Positions 39,669-51,763 of a DNA stretch of 64,000 nucleotides are shown here, piece after piece; the first letter of the stretch is position 1; the number at the start of each line of letters is the position of its first letter. The stretch is from Felis catus. Taxonomy: Eukaryota. The notes beneath the pieces were generated by a model, which was not told where the DNA came from, did not search any database, and was given only the letters and a program-made list of their open reading frames with translations. Made by a program: the position numbers and the translations under genes. Where the stretch lies: the NCBI RefSeq assembly GCF_018350175.1, contig NC_058382.1:54872001-54936000 (forward strand), read 5' to 3'.

Positions 39669-39780
39669 GGGGCCCCTCGGTGGCTCAGTCAAACATCGAA
39701 CTTTGGTTTAGGTCATGATCTCACAGTAGGCGAGTTCGAACCCCACATCAGTCTCTGCGCTGATCGTGTGGGGCTTGCTT

Positions 39781-39829
<49 letters not shown>

Positions 39830-39860
39830 AAAATAAGTCAGTAAACATTTAAAAAACAAA
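39669..39860 (+). mobile_element. Older, diverged Can-SINE with long (CT)n
   Basis: ggggcccctcggtggctcagtc...ggtcatgatctcacag...gagttcgaacccc...(CT)n caaaataag. Confidence 0.85.
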
Positions 39861-40659
39861 ACAAAATCCCTGTTTATTGAGGTGTAATTGACAGGACAAA
39901 CTACATTCTCCTTTTCCTTTTAAAATGCTGAATGATTTCAGCCATCCAAAGCAACGTATAAAATAATACGTAAATATAACCACCCAGTGTAAGACCATTG
40001 CAGCTGCAGTTCCTGATGTTTCCATGCGTGCTTCTCCCCACTGTCAACCCCTGCCTTTCTCTTGGCCCCGAATTCTTTACAGACTCTCCCTTAGCTGGAG
40101 CGTGAGAGTTTCCCCTGCTTCTCCCCTTCCTCTTTTTCCTCTTCTCACCTTCCCTCACCCTTCCCCTTCCTCTGGTCCTCACTTCCCACGGGCAGCCACA
40201 TTCATCTTGTCTTCAGGAGACAGTGGAGAAGAAGGGAGGGGACCACGGGCTGGAGTCCTGAGTCTTCGAGCCGTCGTGCTGGGGGCCATCTGGAGTAGGG
40301 CTGTTTCTCTCTTGTGGGGCTGAGATAATTCGTGCAGAATTGAGCGGAGCCCCTGGGGCCTATAGGAAGTGCTTGATAAATGGTAGCTAGTTGTATTTAT
40401 CATCCACTGGTAGAAGTAATCCATCCACTGATTTTGCAGAAACTGTCAACCTTGGAATGTTGGCCCTGAACCTTAAGGGGCAGGTGTTAGGTCATAGTGT
40501 GGGCTGTATGCTGACATCACCAGGGCCTAGCCCCCGGGGTTCTGTTCATGCCTACCCGTGCCTCGTGGGAAGACAACCAGGCTCTCATCGTTTGCAATCA
40601 CACGTCCTGTATCCTGCGTTTGGGTTCAGGGTTCATATAATATTAAAAAAAAAAAAAAA

Positions 40660-41280
40660 AAAAACCCAAAACAACCAAACCCAGCAGCTTAAACAAAAGA
40701 GAAGTTTTTTTCTCTCATCTAAAAGAAGTCTAGGGGGGGCCCGGATGGCTCAGTTGGTTAAGTGTCCGACTTCGGCTCAGGTCATGATCTCACAGTTCGT
40801 GGGTTCAAGCCCCTCATTGGGCTCTGTGCTGACGGCTCAGAGCCTGGGGTCTGCTTCGCATCCTGTGTCTCCCTCTCTCTCTCTGTTCCTCCCCGGCTCA
40901 TGCTCTGTCTCTCTCTTTCCTTCAAAAATAAATAGAAACATCTTAAAAAATTAAAAAAAATAAAAGAAGTCTAGGTAGGCTATAGGCTGTCCTATCAGGG
41001 CGAGTATGGTTGGTCTGTGTTTCTCAAGGACCCAAGCTGCTTCTGTCTTGTTGCTCCACTGTTCTTAGCACTTTGTCTCATGGTCCAGGTAGCAGCTCAG
41101 ATTCCTACCATTTCATCTATATTCCAGTTAGAGGGAGGTGGGCTCTTGGCCATCACAACTAGATAGCAGCAAGTGGGAGTGGTGGAGCAGAGTGGAGAAG
41201 GACCTCTGCTTTCATCTTATTGGCCAGACCAAGTCACAAGGCAGCTCGTAGCTGCAAGGGAGTCTGGGCAATGTAGTCAG
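40660..41280 (-). mobile_element. Old MaLR LTR relic (MLT1J/K-like) interrupted by a SINE
   Basis: cagcttaaacaaaagagaagttt..., tcaaggacccaagctgcttctgtcttg..., tcttattggccagaccaagtcaca...agctgcaagggagtctgggcaatgtagtc. Confidence 0.6.
40735..40960 (+). mobile_element. Full-length Can-SINE with perfect 15-bp TSD
   Basis: TSD taaaagaagtctagg at 40720-40734 and 40961-40975, with tRNA-like head, (CT)n and A-rich tail. Confidence 0.95.
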
Positions 41281-41746
41281 GGAGAAACAGTGTGACCAGG
41301 GCACAGGTGGACCCTCCTGTTTCTAGCACAGGCCATCCTTTGGAAACCTGGAATGGTGGAAGGAAGGAAGTCTTTTAACAGGAGCCAGGAGAAAGAGCAA
41401 AGAACCATCGTAGTCTTTATGGTGCCAGAGATTGGAACCACGGTCCCTGGGAAAGTGTTGAGGGCAGAGATTTTGGTTTCCTGTACGTGGAGGACTAGGC
41501 TGCCAGCGGAGGTAGTGAGCTCTCCGAAAAAGCAAGTGTGCGAGCAGAGATTTGAATGGACATGTGTCAGGGTGGCCACGGAGTGTATTCCAAATCTGGA
41601 AAGAACTTCACGGGACTTCATCAGGGAATGACTCTCTAAGGAATCTCATCCAGGGATGACACAGACCGTGAACTGGTAGGTCTCTCCCCACCCTGCTGAT
41701 GGCAAACACCACTGGTCCTTCCCTGTGTCCTGCTGAACCCCGTTGC

Positions 41747-42159
41747 TGATGTGGGTTTGGAGTGCTGGTGGGGGTCCAGGGCCGATGGCCAAGAAAGAAT
41801 TCTTAAGACCTCTTTGGTGCAAAAAGGTGATTTTATTCAAGCATAGGGACCGACTGTGGGCAGAAAGAAGTGCCCCCCGGTCGTGAGGACAGACTGATTG
41901 TATACTTGGGAGTTGGAGGTAAAGTCCAGGGGAAGTTTCCAAAGGGATTTCCGTATGCTAAAGAAGACTCCGAGGATGGCGGAGGCCTAGCTGTTGTCAA
42001 GCTAGGGTTGTGTTTCCCTCTAGCGAAGCATTAGCACTAAGACAGCAGGGAGTTCCTGGAGAAACCGTGGACCGCCTGCCTCTATTTGTCCGTGGGCTGC
42101 AGGTTACAAGGAAATTTAATTTTCTCTGCCATTTCCTTCTGCCTTTGTTTCCCACATCA
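41747..42159 (-). mobile_element. Solo ERV LTR (carnivore CarLTR1-like)
   Basis: 413 bp bounded by a perfect 9-bp inverted repeat tgatgtggg...cccacatca (TG...CA). Flanks gttgc / attgc. Minus-strand AATAAA (tttatt 41832-41837) and a TATA-like motif near 41898-41904. Confidence 0.8.
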
Positions 42160-42808
42160 ATTGCCACCTGAGAACCCTCCCCAGAGCCTCTCTATTGACA
42201 GAAGTTGGCTTGCGAGATAAACCCATTTACTTTTCCTGCGTGAAGCCGGTTCTCTCATTTATGCTGGTCGGACGGGCAGGTGATGTCCCCAGAGGTGCAC
42301 CGCGAGGGCTGGCAGGGGACCCGGGGCTCTGAGACTCAGGTCCCTTCCAGCCGCCTCAGTGCCCCTCCTGCGGGCCCTTTCGCCTCCTGGAAGCAGCGTG
42401 GCCCTGCCTTGTTTCCTGCAGCTCTGTGCAGGCAAGTCCTCGGGGCAGGCCGGCCAGGAGACACCCGCCACCCACCCCAAGTCTGGGCCCCGCTGGACCC
42501 CCAGGAGTTGGGGGAGTCGGGCAGGAAGTGAAAGTGCGCGCCTGCCCTTTTAGTTCTGCTATTGACCCACAGGGTTTTTCCTGGGGGGGAGGGGCAGGGA
42601 TCCGCCGTGTTTTCTTGACTTAATCTGGCCTTGCCCCACAGAGAAAACAAACGGCCATCTCCATCCTGTTTGTAAAGAGGGCGTTCAGTTGCTCCAAGTT
42701 GCTCTCCTGGAAAAACTGGCAAGATATCGTCTCTGACCCAAAGGAGGTGTGCGTCGAGGGGGACGGCTCCCAGGGGGCAAGGATATGTTTGGACCGTCAG
42801 CGTAGGAC

Positions 42809-43088
42809 TTTTTAAATTGTGGTAACATACACAGAATATAACATTTTTACCATTTTAGCCATTTCTAAATACATTCAGTTGTGCAACTGTCGGCATCGTT
42901 CATCTCCAGAACTTTATCTTCCCCCATCGAAACCGTGCCCCCATGAGACATTGACCCCCTGTGCTTCCTCCTCACACCCCACCCCTGGCGGCCTCCGTTC
43001 TGCCTTCCGTCCCTCCGAATCTGACTGCTTTAGGCACCTCATAAAAGTGGAATCATACAGTATTTCTCCTTTTGTGTCTGGATTATGA
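42809..43088 (-). mobile_element. L1MB-like 3' end fragment
   Basis: ttttaaattgtggtaa...taccattttagccattt...catctccagaacttt...cacctcataaaagtggaatcatacagtattt. Confidence 0.8.
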
Positions 43089-43163
43089 TTGTTTTCTTTT
43101 AATTGAGGTGATGTTCATTTAACATAAAATCAATCATTTAAAAAAATTTTTTTAATGTTTATT

Positions 43164-43387
43164 TTTTTTTTAATTTTTTTTTTTTAACGTTTATTTATTT
43201 TGGGGACAGAGAGAGACAGAGCATGAACGGGGGAGGGGCAGAGAGAGAGGGAGACACAGAATCGGAAGCAGGCTCCAGGCTCTGAGCCATCAGCCCAGAG
43301 CCTGACGCGGGGCTCGAACTCACAGACCGCGAGATCGTGACCTGGCTGAAGTCGGACGCTTAACCGACTGAGCCACCCAGGCGCCCC
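43164..43387 (-). mobile_element. Young-type Can-SINE inserted in the tail of another Can-SINE
   Basis: Near-consensus body retaining CpGs. TSD aatgtttatt at 43154-43163 and 43388-43397. Confidence 0.94.
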
Positions 43388-43585
43388 AATGTTTATTATT
43401 TTTGAGAAAGAGACAGAGTGCAAGCAGGGGAGGGGCAGAGAGAGAGGGAGACACAGCATCCGAAGCAGGCTCCGGGCTCTGAGCTGTCAGCACAGAGCCC
43501 GATGCGGGGCTCGAACCCACGAACCGTGAGATCATGACCTGAGCTGAAGTCAGACATTTAACTGACTGAGCCACCCAGACTCTCC
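43388..43585 (-). mobile_element. Can-SINE (host of the previous element)
   Basis: ttattatttttgagaaagagacagag...actgactgagccacccagactctcc. Outer imperfect TSD aacataaaatcaatcattt / agcatacaatcaatcattt. Confidence 0.92.
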
Positions 43586-45324
43586 AGCATACAATCAATC
43601 ATTTTAAAGTGAGCATTTTAAGTGGCAGTTAGCACGTTAACAGTGTTGTGTAACCACCACCTGTATCCAGTGCCAAAATATTTCATCACCCCAAAAGGAA
43701 ACCCCGTCCCCATTACCGGTTATTCCCCATCCCGCCTACCCCTGGCCCTTGGCAACTAGCACATGGTTCGAAACTTGTGAATTTATATACATCAGGCTCC
43801 CTGCAAATACGTGTTGAATGAATGAAAGAAAATCATTGCCAGTTGATGAAATCCTAACGAAAACTTCGATTTCCTGAGCACATACTGGGTGCCAGGTGTG
43901 TATAAGCATCTGTGTCTCTCTGCCCTGGTTTGTACCGTGGAGTAGTCGCCCCAGGTGATCTACGTAACCGCTGACTCCAGACCCCAGTCTGGACATACTG
44001 ATTGCATTGGTCTAAGGGAGGCCTGGGCATGAACCTTTTCCAGATAGCTCCCGAAGAGCTCCCAGTGTGCGAACGGCTGATACGCATTATTTTATTGAGC
44101 TATAGCACTCCTTTGGGGCAGGTAATAGTATCTGCATTTCATAGATAAGGAAGCAGGTTCAGAGAGGTTAAGTAACTTACCCAGGTTCACACAGCCTCCA
44201 GATCTTTGAGTCCAGAGCTCTGACCTGATCCTTTCTCCTGCTTCTCTGGTCATTTCTGTTGTATGTGATTTCAGAAGGGGGCTTATAACGACTCACATGT
44301 ACACTATGGGATCAACTAAAAATGATCTCATTGGTGTTTATGGAGTGCTAACTAACCATATGCCAGGCACTATGTGCTTCATTCGCCTTTTCTCGTTTTA
44401 CTTCTGCAGGAACCCCGTGCAGGGGACTATCATAATGAGTGACATACGTTTCCTCATGAGCGGCACTGAAGGGGATGTGATGACCGGGGAAAGACATTAC
44501 TGGGGAGGTGGGTGGGGCTTCATCACCCGTCACAAAGGGGGTCTCCTTTCCGCCACTGTGGTGGGGGTGGGGGTGGGGGCTCAACCAAGGAAGAGGAGAC
44601 AGGAAAGGTTGGCCATTGTGGTGTTGGTCAGAGGGCCCGACCTGAAGCTGGACAGAGGGTTTTCACGGGAAGGCCTTGGCAATGGTCAGTTCTTCTTCCT
44701 TTGGGTTCGAAATATCTGGGGGCCACTGGTGTCGGCCCAGGAGAAGCCGTGCATCCTTCAGAGCTTCGGCTTGGCTGTCTGTCTTCTTTCAGGAACATTA
44801 TGTCCCACAGATTGTCCCTCGTATCTGTGTTTGAGATCTTTTGATGCCATAGGACTCATTCGTTTATTCACTCAGTTAACCGGTGTTACTCTGATGTGAT
44901 TGCCTGGCTCTGTGTTCTGCAGAAACGCGATGGCTAAGACAGGCACCGTCTCTGTTCTCCATGGCCCGCGGTCTCGCGCAGGATGCGCATCATGGTGGTG
45001 AACGCTGACTTGGGTGTGCCGGGTTCCATCCCTCCTCTGTGGGCGCTCTCTCGTGCCAGCCTCATGGCAGCTGTACCACGTAGGCCTTTTGGGAGGCTCT
45101 GCGTAAGAGTCGAGGAAAAGGTGACACAGGAGGGGTAGGAAACATTTCCAGGGTTGCCCAGCTCATGAGAGGTGGAGGCTGAAGTTGAACGGGGCCGTCT
45201 GGCTTCAGAGTGCAAGCTCCTAGTCACTGACATCATTACAAAAGAGGAAGTCGCGGGAGCATCTGCGCGGGGCCGGACCACACTGGGCCCCGGGGGCAGG
45301 CGCCCTCTCCAGCTGAGGGCGCAG

Positions 45325-45590
45325 GCGGTCGTTAGTTTCCTCTGGCTGCTGTAGCAAATTACCACGAATGTGGCGGCTTCCAACAAAACACATTGATCAT
45401 CTGATACTTCCGGGGGCCAGAAGCCCAAAATTGGGTCTCGTGGTGCTAAAATCAAGGTGTTGCACTCCATCTGGAAGCTCCAGGGAAGAATTCCAGTTTC
45501 TGGAGGCCACCCAGGTTCCTTGGCTTATAGTGACATCACTCCACCCTGTGTGTCGTGACTCTGCCCCTCCTGCCTCCCTCTTTGAGGGGC
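45325..45590 (-). mobile_element. MLT1C/D-like LTR fragment
   Basis: ttagtttcctctggctgctgtagcaaattaccac...gctaaaatcaaggtgttg...ctggaagctccagggaagaat...ttccttggctt. Confidence 0.7.
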
Positions 45591-45946
45591 AATGAGCCGC
45601 TGTCCAGACTGGGAGTCAGGCGCTCGCTAAGTGACTTCTGAAGACAGTACCTCCGCTCCTGTCTGGGCTGTGAGGACCCAGGAGGAGCTGTGTGTCTCGG
45701 GAGGATGGAGCCTGGTGGGGAGGCCCCTGCCCCACCCCCGCAGGAGAGACCTTGGGGCGGAAGACAGAATGCCAGAATGCCGGGAGCATTAGCGTCTCTC
45801 AGGATCCAACCGGCTCTGAGATGGGAGGGAGCTGGGCTCCGTGGAGTCAGGCAGGCCCCACATACTGCATCTGTCCGCGTCTGGGGAGGTGACCTACCTG
45901 GGCTTTCGAGTCGCTAGAGCTGAGTAGATCCAGGCTCCACACATTC

Positions 45947-46187
45947 TTTTTTTTTTTTTTTTTTTTAATGTTCATTTATTTTTGAGGGAGAGAGAGAGTG
46001 AGCGAGCGCACGCGTGAGCGAGCAAGCAGGGGAGGGGCAGAGAGAGAGGGAGGTACAGAATCCGAAGCGGGCTCCAGGCTCCGAGCTGTCAGCACAGAGC
46101 CCGACGCGGGGCTCAAACCCACGTACCGTGAGATCGTGACCCGAGCCGAAGTCAGACACTTAACCGATTGAGCCACCCAGGGGCCCC
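45947..46187 (-). mobile_element. Can-SINE, antisense to CMIP
   Basis: Poly-T tail and body ending gagccacccaggggcccc. TSD aggctccacac at 45932-45942 and 46189-46199. Confidence 0.93.
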
Positions 46188-46259
46188 TAGGCTCCACACT
46201 TTCCAAGTGGAACCTATTCTTGAGGCTAATCACGGGATGTGTGTGGCACAGAGAGGGCC

Positions 46260-46780
46260 CGTTCACTCGCTCATTCGGCAGGTGTTGCTGGATCATGTGC
46301 TGTGTGCCAGGCATTGTTCAGGCACAGAGCAGAGCAGAGCAGGTCCTGGCCCTCCTGGAGGCCCCATGCAGAAAGGGCCTGGATAAGGAAATAGAGGATC
46401 TTGTCAGCTGCTGATGAATGCTGTGGAGAGAAACATACAGCAGGATGAGGAGGACAGGAGTGCTGGTATGAGTGGGGAGGGGCTCAGTGTGTGTGGTGGC
46501 ACTTCAGGGTGATCAGGGAAGATCTGGATGAGAAAGTGACATTTGAGTAGAGACTTGAAGGAGGTAAGGAAACAAGCCATGCAGTTATTTTAGCACGCGC
46601 AAAGGCCCTGGGGCAGGAGTTTGGTGTTTTCCAGGGAATGCAAGGAGATGAATGTAGTCAGAGCAGAGTGAGTCAACTTGAGAAGGGGGTGGTAGGAGGT
46701 GAGGTCAGTGAGTCAGTGAGGGGCCACATGGTTAGAGTCTTGTAGGATCTTTGGCTTTGACTCTGAGGGAGAAGAGAGCT
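46260..46780 (-). mobile_element. L2 LINE 3' relic
   Basis: tgtgtgccaggcattgtt..., gtgacatttgagtagagacttgaagga..., gcaaaggccctggggcagga..., tttggctttgactctgag are typical L2 3' motifs. Confidence 0.7.
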
Positions 46781-49700
46781 GTGTTAGCACGCCGTTCGTG
46801 AAAATGGCAGCTCCAAAGCCCTAAATGCCTCCTTCTCTCCCTCTTGCTCTCCCCCTCCCTGTCCCTTCCTTCGCCGCTCGCTCTGTGTTGTGGGAATGGC
46901 TGGCGCGTTAAGGCCCAGGGTTCGGCCTCACCTGCAGCCTGACTGGGGACTCATCCTAGCTGTCCCCTCCTCCAGCCAGCCTGAGTGCTGGTCAGATATA
47001 ACTTTCGCTATTTATACAACACAGTGGTTTACAAACGCTGCTTCTAGAATTTCATGATCTCTCCTGCAGAGCATTATCTGTCCAGGCAAGTAACGGTGAT
47101 CTTTCTTTATCCAAATCAAAAGACAGAAATTAAGGCTGTAGATAGAATTGTCCACATTTCAAGTTTTCCACCCATTACATTTTCCTTTGAATGTTTGAGT
47201 CCCACTGGAATCTTGGGAAAGGGAGCATTCTGTGGTCACTGAATTAGGTAACATTTGTTGAACAGCTACCACGTGCGGGGTTTTCGGTCGGACGTCAGAT
47301 TTGGTGGTGAACAAAGCAGGTGCCTTTTCTACCTTCCCTCTAGCTTTACAGAAAGCCAGAAAGTAAGGCAGACTTGTCTGATGTCACCGTTTCCCACAGA
47401 TTCCCCCGGGTCAGGTTGGAGGACCACCTGGTAGATGCCATCCTTCCCTCGTGGGTCCCGCTGGCCCCACTTGATCCTGGCAAGGTTGGTTTTGGTGAAA
47501 AGACCGGGAGGAGTTGCGCTTGCCGGCACAAGGAAGGGTTCTGGGAGGTTGCAAGAATGACAGACGGCCTGCTGGCACTCAGTAAGCCCTGGCCTGGGCC
47601 GGGGTTTTGGGGCGTCATTGCCATGGCCACCTCCCTCCCCGAGGAGGGGTGCAAATGCGTGCTGACTCTGATGGATGGACACAGATTGCCTGGTTACAAA
47701 AAGCCCTGCAGTGAAAGCCCTCTGCCCTTGAAGCCCTTGGTCCCGGGGGAGAGGGGGGTGGGGCTTGAGGCAGGAGTGCGGCCGCAGGGAGTGTGCCCAG
47801 ACCCGGCTCAGTCGGGACCGTCCGTCGGTCAGGACCGTCGGCCAGACTTGGGCCGTCTCGGTTAACTGGTGACTTCCTTGCTCCTCTGTCCCCTGCTGGG
47901 AATGTGCGTTGCCCGGCCGTGCCCTACTCCTTCAGTAATGATAACCTGTCCCTTGCCTTCAGGCAGCCCCCGAAGACCTCTTTTCTGTCTCCGTGGGTTT
48001 CAGGTGGCAGGTCCCACCTTGGGCTGCATATCAGAGTCACCTGGGAGCCTAAACACCGATGTGCCGATGCCCAGGCTCCCCCGGGGATCGGGATTCATTG
48101 GGTGGGGGGTGGGGACCAGGCATCTTTTTTGATCACGACACCATCTATTGTCATCGCTGCGGAGAATTCCGGCGCGCGTGTGCACCACGCTCCTGTGACA
48201 GGCACTTGAGTCGTTTCTGAATTTTCTTGCCACGGTGCATTCTATACCCATCTTCTTGTGAGATCCTGTCAGGAGATATTTATTGTAAGTGCTTCTGAGA
48301 TGGGTGGGGAAAGATTGCCGTGCGTCTCGTCTAGCTCGCCTGTCTGAGCGGTTTCTGTCGTTCACTGTCTTTGAGCTGTTTTACCGTCACGATAGAAAGC
48401 TGATAGTAACGTAAATGATTTTTGGCCGCTAGAAATGCCAACTGGCTGTGCCCGCAGAGCACGGGTGATTGCTGCTGGACCCCACGGTTTGTAAAGACGC
48501 CCTGGGTGGTTCTGACACGCAGTGAGGTGAAGGTCTCGACTTAGAAGATTGGAGGAGATTTGTAACCAGTCTCTTGTCATCCCTCTGGACCCATGGGAAC
48601 CGACGGCTTATTGAGCAGTGTGTGTAGACACATACCGAGTACTTGGGACACTTTTTCGAGAGTTTCTGGTGTTTAGTGACGTGAGTGGTGTTTTACACAG
48701 ACAGAAAACAACCTGATGGAATGGACCCTCTTAGTATTCCCCAGGGCAGATGGGGAAGTCAGGGCAAGTGAAGTTGCCAGAGATAACATGGCTAACTAGC
48801 GACAGAGCTGGGGCTGGACCCACGTGGCCAGCACGTGGCACCCCACCGATCGGGCGCCCTGGGCTCTTGCCCGGACCCTGCCTCTTCCTTTCTTCCTTCA
48901 CTGTGTCACTTAGCTGCTCTGAGTCTGTGTCGTGGGGCTAATGACCCCGAGCCCCCAGACCCGTGGCCAGGTGGCAAGGTCTTGGGTGTGAGCCTGGCGC
49001 CATGCCTGGCAGGCCGAGAAGGGGCTCAGCGAAGTCCACCCAAGGTCGCCCCCACCCGCGAGGTCGCCACCCCGTGTTCTTTGCACGTTGGTTTGCGCAT
49101 TCACTGCCTGCTTGGTCCGAGCGAGGGTACGTGTCAGACTTCACAAGGGTGTGTCTACAGGAGGAAGAGGAGGCAGTTCTGGCACGGCAGGGCCCTCCTG
49201 GAGCTCTTCACGTTCCTAGCCCTCCGGGCTGTGAAGTCTGCAGTTGGTGGATGTAAAAATTCAGGGAGGAGAGTGCACACGCTCTGTGCCATGGCCGACG
49301 CTCTGTGGTCCCGGCTGGTCCTCAGAGCCACCCTGGGAGGGAGATGCTGGCATCCTCATTTGACCGATGAGGCAGCCCTGAGGTTCATTCGTTCATTCCT
49401 GGGTTCCTTCACTCACTCGCCTCACGTGGGCTGAATACGCACCAGGCCCCAAGGCACCGTGACAAATCGGGAAACTGCACTTTGGGCCCTTACTGGCTCT
49501 TGCCCTCTTCCAGCGAAGGGGAAACGATTTGCCCGGTGGCCCAGAGAGAGCAGCAGAGGTGCCCGAGGCCACACAGTCAGAAGTGCCAGGGACCTTTTGC
49601 ACTTGAGCGTGCTAGGTGGCTCTCTAAGTAGACCTAGAAGTCCCCGTCCCCACTCACACAGTTTCCGGGTGTCCTTAGCCCAACGGGCCCCTCACCCAGT

Positions 49701-51725
49701 CCCCAGAGAGAGCCGGGCTCCCCAGGAACTAATCTCCGAAGAGAGCCGTATGGCTCTTAACTGCCTAAGCGGATCCAGATGCGCCTTGTGGCTGGTGCTG
49801 CTGCAGATGTCCTGGCCACAGCCCGCTTGGTTGGAAGCCCAGCCCCGGCAGCCGCCAAGTCTGGAAATGAAGTAACTGAGCGAGTTGTTCTTGGCCGTTT
49901 GCCCCTCCTCTCAACCCAACTCAAATCAGACTCGGTCTCTGACCTCAGGCATCGCACATTCCAGTGTTCCCCCAGCCTCCTGGGGTTCCAGGGCCCGTGG
50001 CAGGAGGTGAGCACATTGTGGGGAGAGGGGCATGGGGCAGGACAGGGGAGGCATTCTGGATGGGGTGTGGGCTGCAGGGGTGAGGGCAGCCGAAGCTACC
50101 GCATCCCAGCGGCCACCAGGCCTCGGAGAAGCGGAGGGGGCGCGCCTGCCGGGCCAGCCCGAGGGGGTCCAAGCAGAGAGGCAAAACTGACTCAGCAGCT
50201 GGGGCGGGGCCTGGTTTGGGGACCCTTCTGTCCCCACCGCGTGTCTGCCCGGCTGGAGAATGCCGGCCCAACTTCCCAAGTGCTGAGTGCCGGGGGCCCT
50301 TGTGAGGGCCGCACCTGGATTCCTGAGGTCGTGGGGAACCCGATTCAAAGCTGGGTGGTCAAGGGCAAGCGTGGTGCTGACTCCTCCGCCCCCCCCCAGG
50401 TCCAGACCAAACCGCACAGCCCGCAAGGGTGAATCGCTTTGAAGTGATGGGGTTCCGGGGCCTGTGGCAGGCCGAGGGAGCCAACTTGGCGGGAACGGGC
50501 AGGCCAGGCAGGCTTGTCCCACTTGGCTTCCGGGCAGCTCCTCCTCTGGAAAGGCAGAAGGAAAGCCAGGGCCCCAGAGGGCAAGGGGCTGGGCTTGGGG
50601 GTCAGGGAGAGGCTGAGATCAGATGCCGCTTCCTAGCTGTGTGCCCTCGGGCAAGTCACTTAAGCTCTCTGAGCCTCAGCTTGTTTTCTCCGCACACCGG
50701 AGGCACCCTTGTAGCACCTTCCAAGGAGAGGGTCTGTGCGAGGATCAGAGGAGACCTCCGTGAAGTGATTAGCGGGGTGTCTGCGCCCAAGTTGTACCAA
50801 GCAGTAGCTTCGGGAGGGCTCAGCTCCGTCACCATCTCAGGGCCACCCCCACTGACCCACCACCCAGGCAAAAACGATGTGCCGCGTTCTGCCAACAGTT
50901 ATTAGAGAATCTGCCGGTACCCTTGTGTGCTGGATTACCGCCCCCAGCTCCTCCGCGGCACAAGTTCTGGAAAGGCCACGGGGTGTCCTGTTCGTTACCA
51001 TTACCGTTGTCGGCCGTATGGTCCGCGCACACGCAGACTGAGAGTGTTAATTAACTGATGAATTAACTAATTACCGGCTCCGTGATCAGAGCCCACTAAC
51101 ACTGGGAGACATTCCTTGGTAGTTCAGCGTTCAGATTCGAGAGTCCGTCTGCGTGGGTTTTGAATTCGCTTCCTCTGCTTACTAGCTGTGTGACCTCCGG
51201 CCACTTTCTGAGAGTTTCTGTGCCTCAGTTTCTCAGTCTCTAAAGTGGAGATGATACTGTCTGCCTCCCAGGGTGGCTGAAAGGATTAAATGAGGCAGTA
51301 TGTGGTAAGTGCTTGGGACAGGGCTCGGTGCGCAGGGCAGTGCTTGTGTTTTCTGTTATCTCTGTGATGCTGCTTCTTGATTATGTGTCTGGTTCTCTCC
51401 AGGAGAACCTGGGGAAACACCGGGCTCCTGGGGCTGCCGCCAAGGCGATCTGCCAGTTCCAGCGGTCCCCCCCCCCCCCCGGGGTCACCAGCTTGCCTCA
51501 CTATACCCCAGCGCCAGCGTCACTCCTGGGTCTCCGGGACCCCGGAGCCTCCAAGCCCCACTTCCGGGCCTTGACGGCCCTTGTCCGGCCCTTGACTCAC
51601 TCTGTTGTCTTGCAGCCCCGTGTGATCTGGACGGGGTGGGGGAGTGGCGGCCGGCGTGGGTAGAGCTGCGACTGCAAAGTCAGGTGCCGCCCGGTGCTGG
51701 GCGGTCATCTTGCTCCATTCACAGC

Positions 51726-51763
51726 TCATTCATTCATTCATTCATTCATTCATTCATTCATTC
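51726..51763. repeat. (TTCA)n tetranucleotide repeat, probably an L2 tail expansion
   Basis: tcattcattcattc... read directly. Confidence 0.9.

Larger units (their letters stand above)
43092..43760 (-). mobile_element. Second L1MB-like 3' end hosting two nested SINEs
   Basis: tttaattgaggtga...aacataaaatcaatcattt [SINEs] ...gtgttgtgtaaccaccacc...tttcatcaccccaaaaggaaacccc. Confidence 0.75.
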
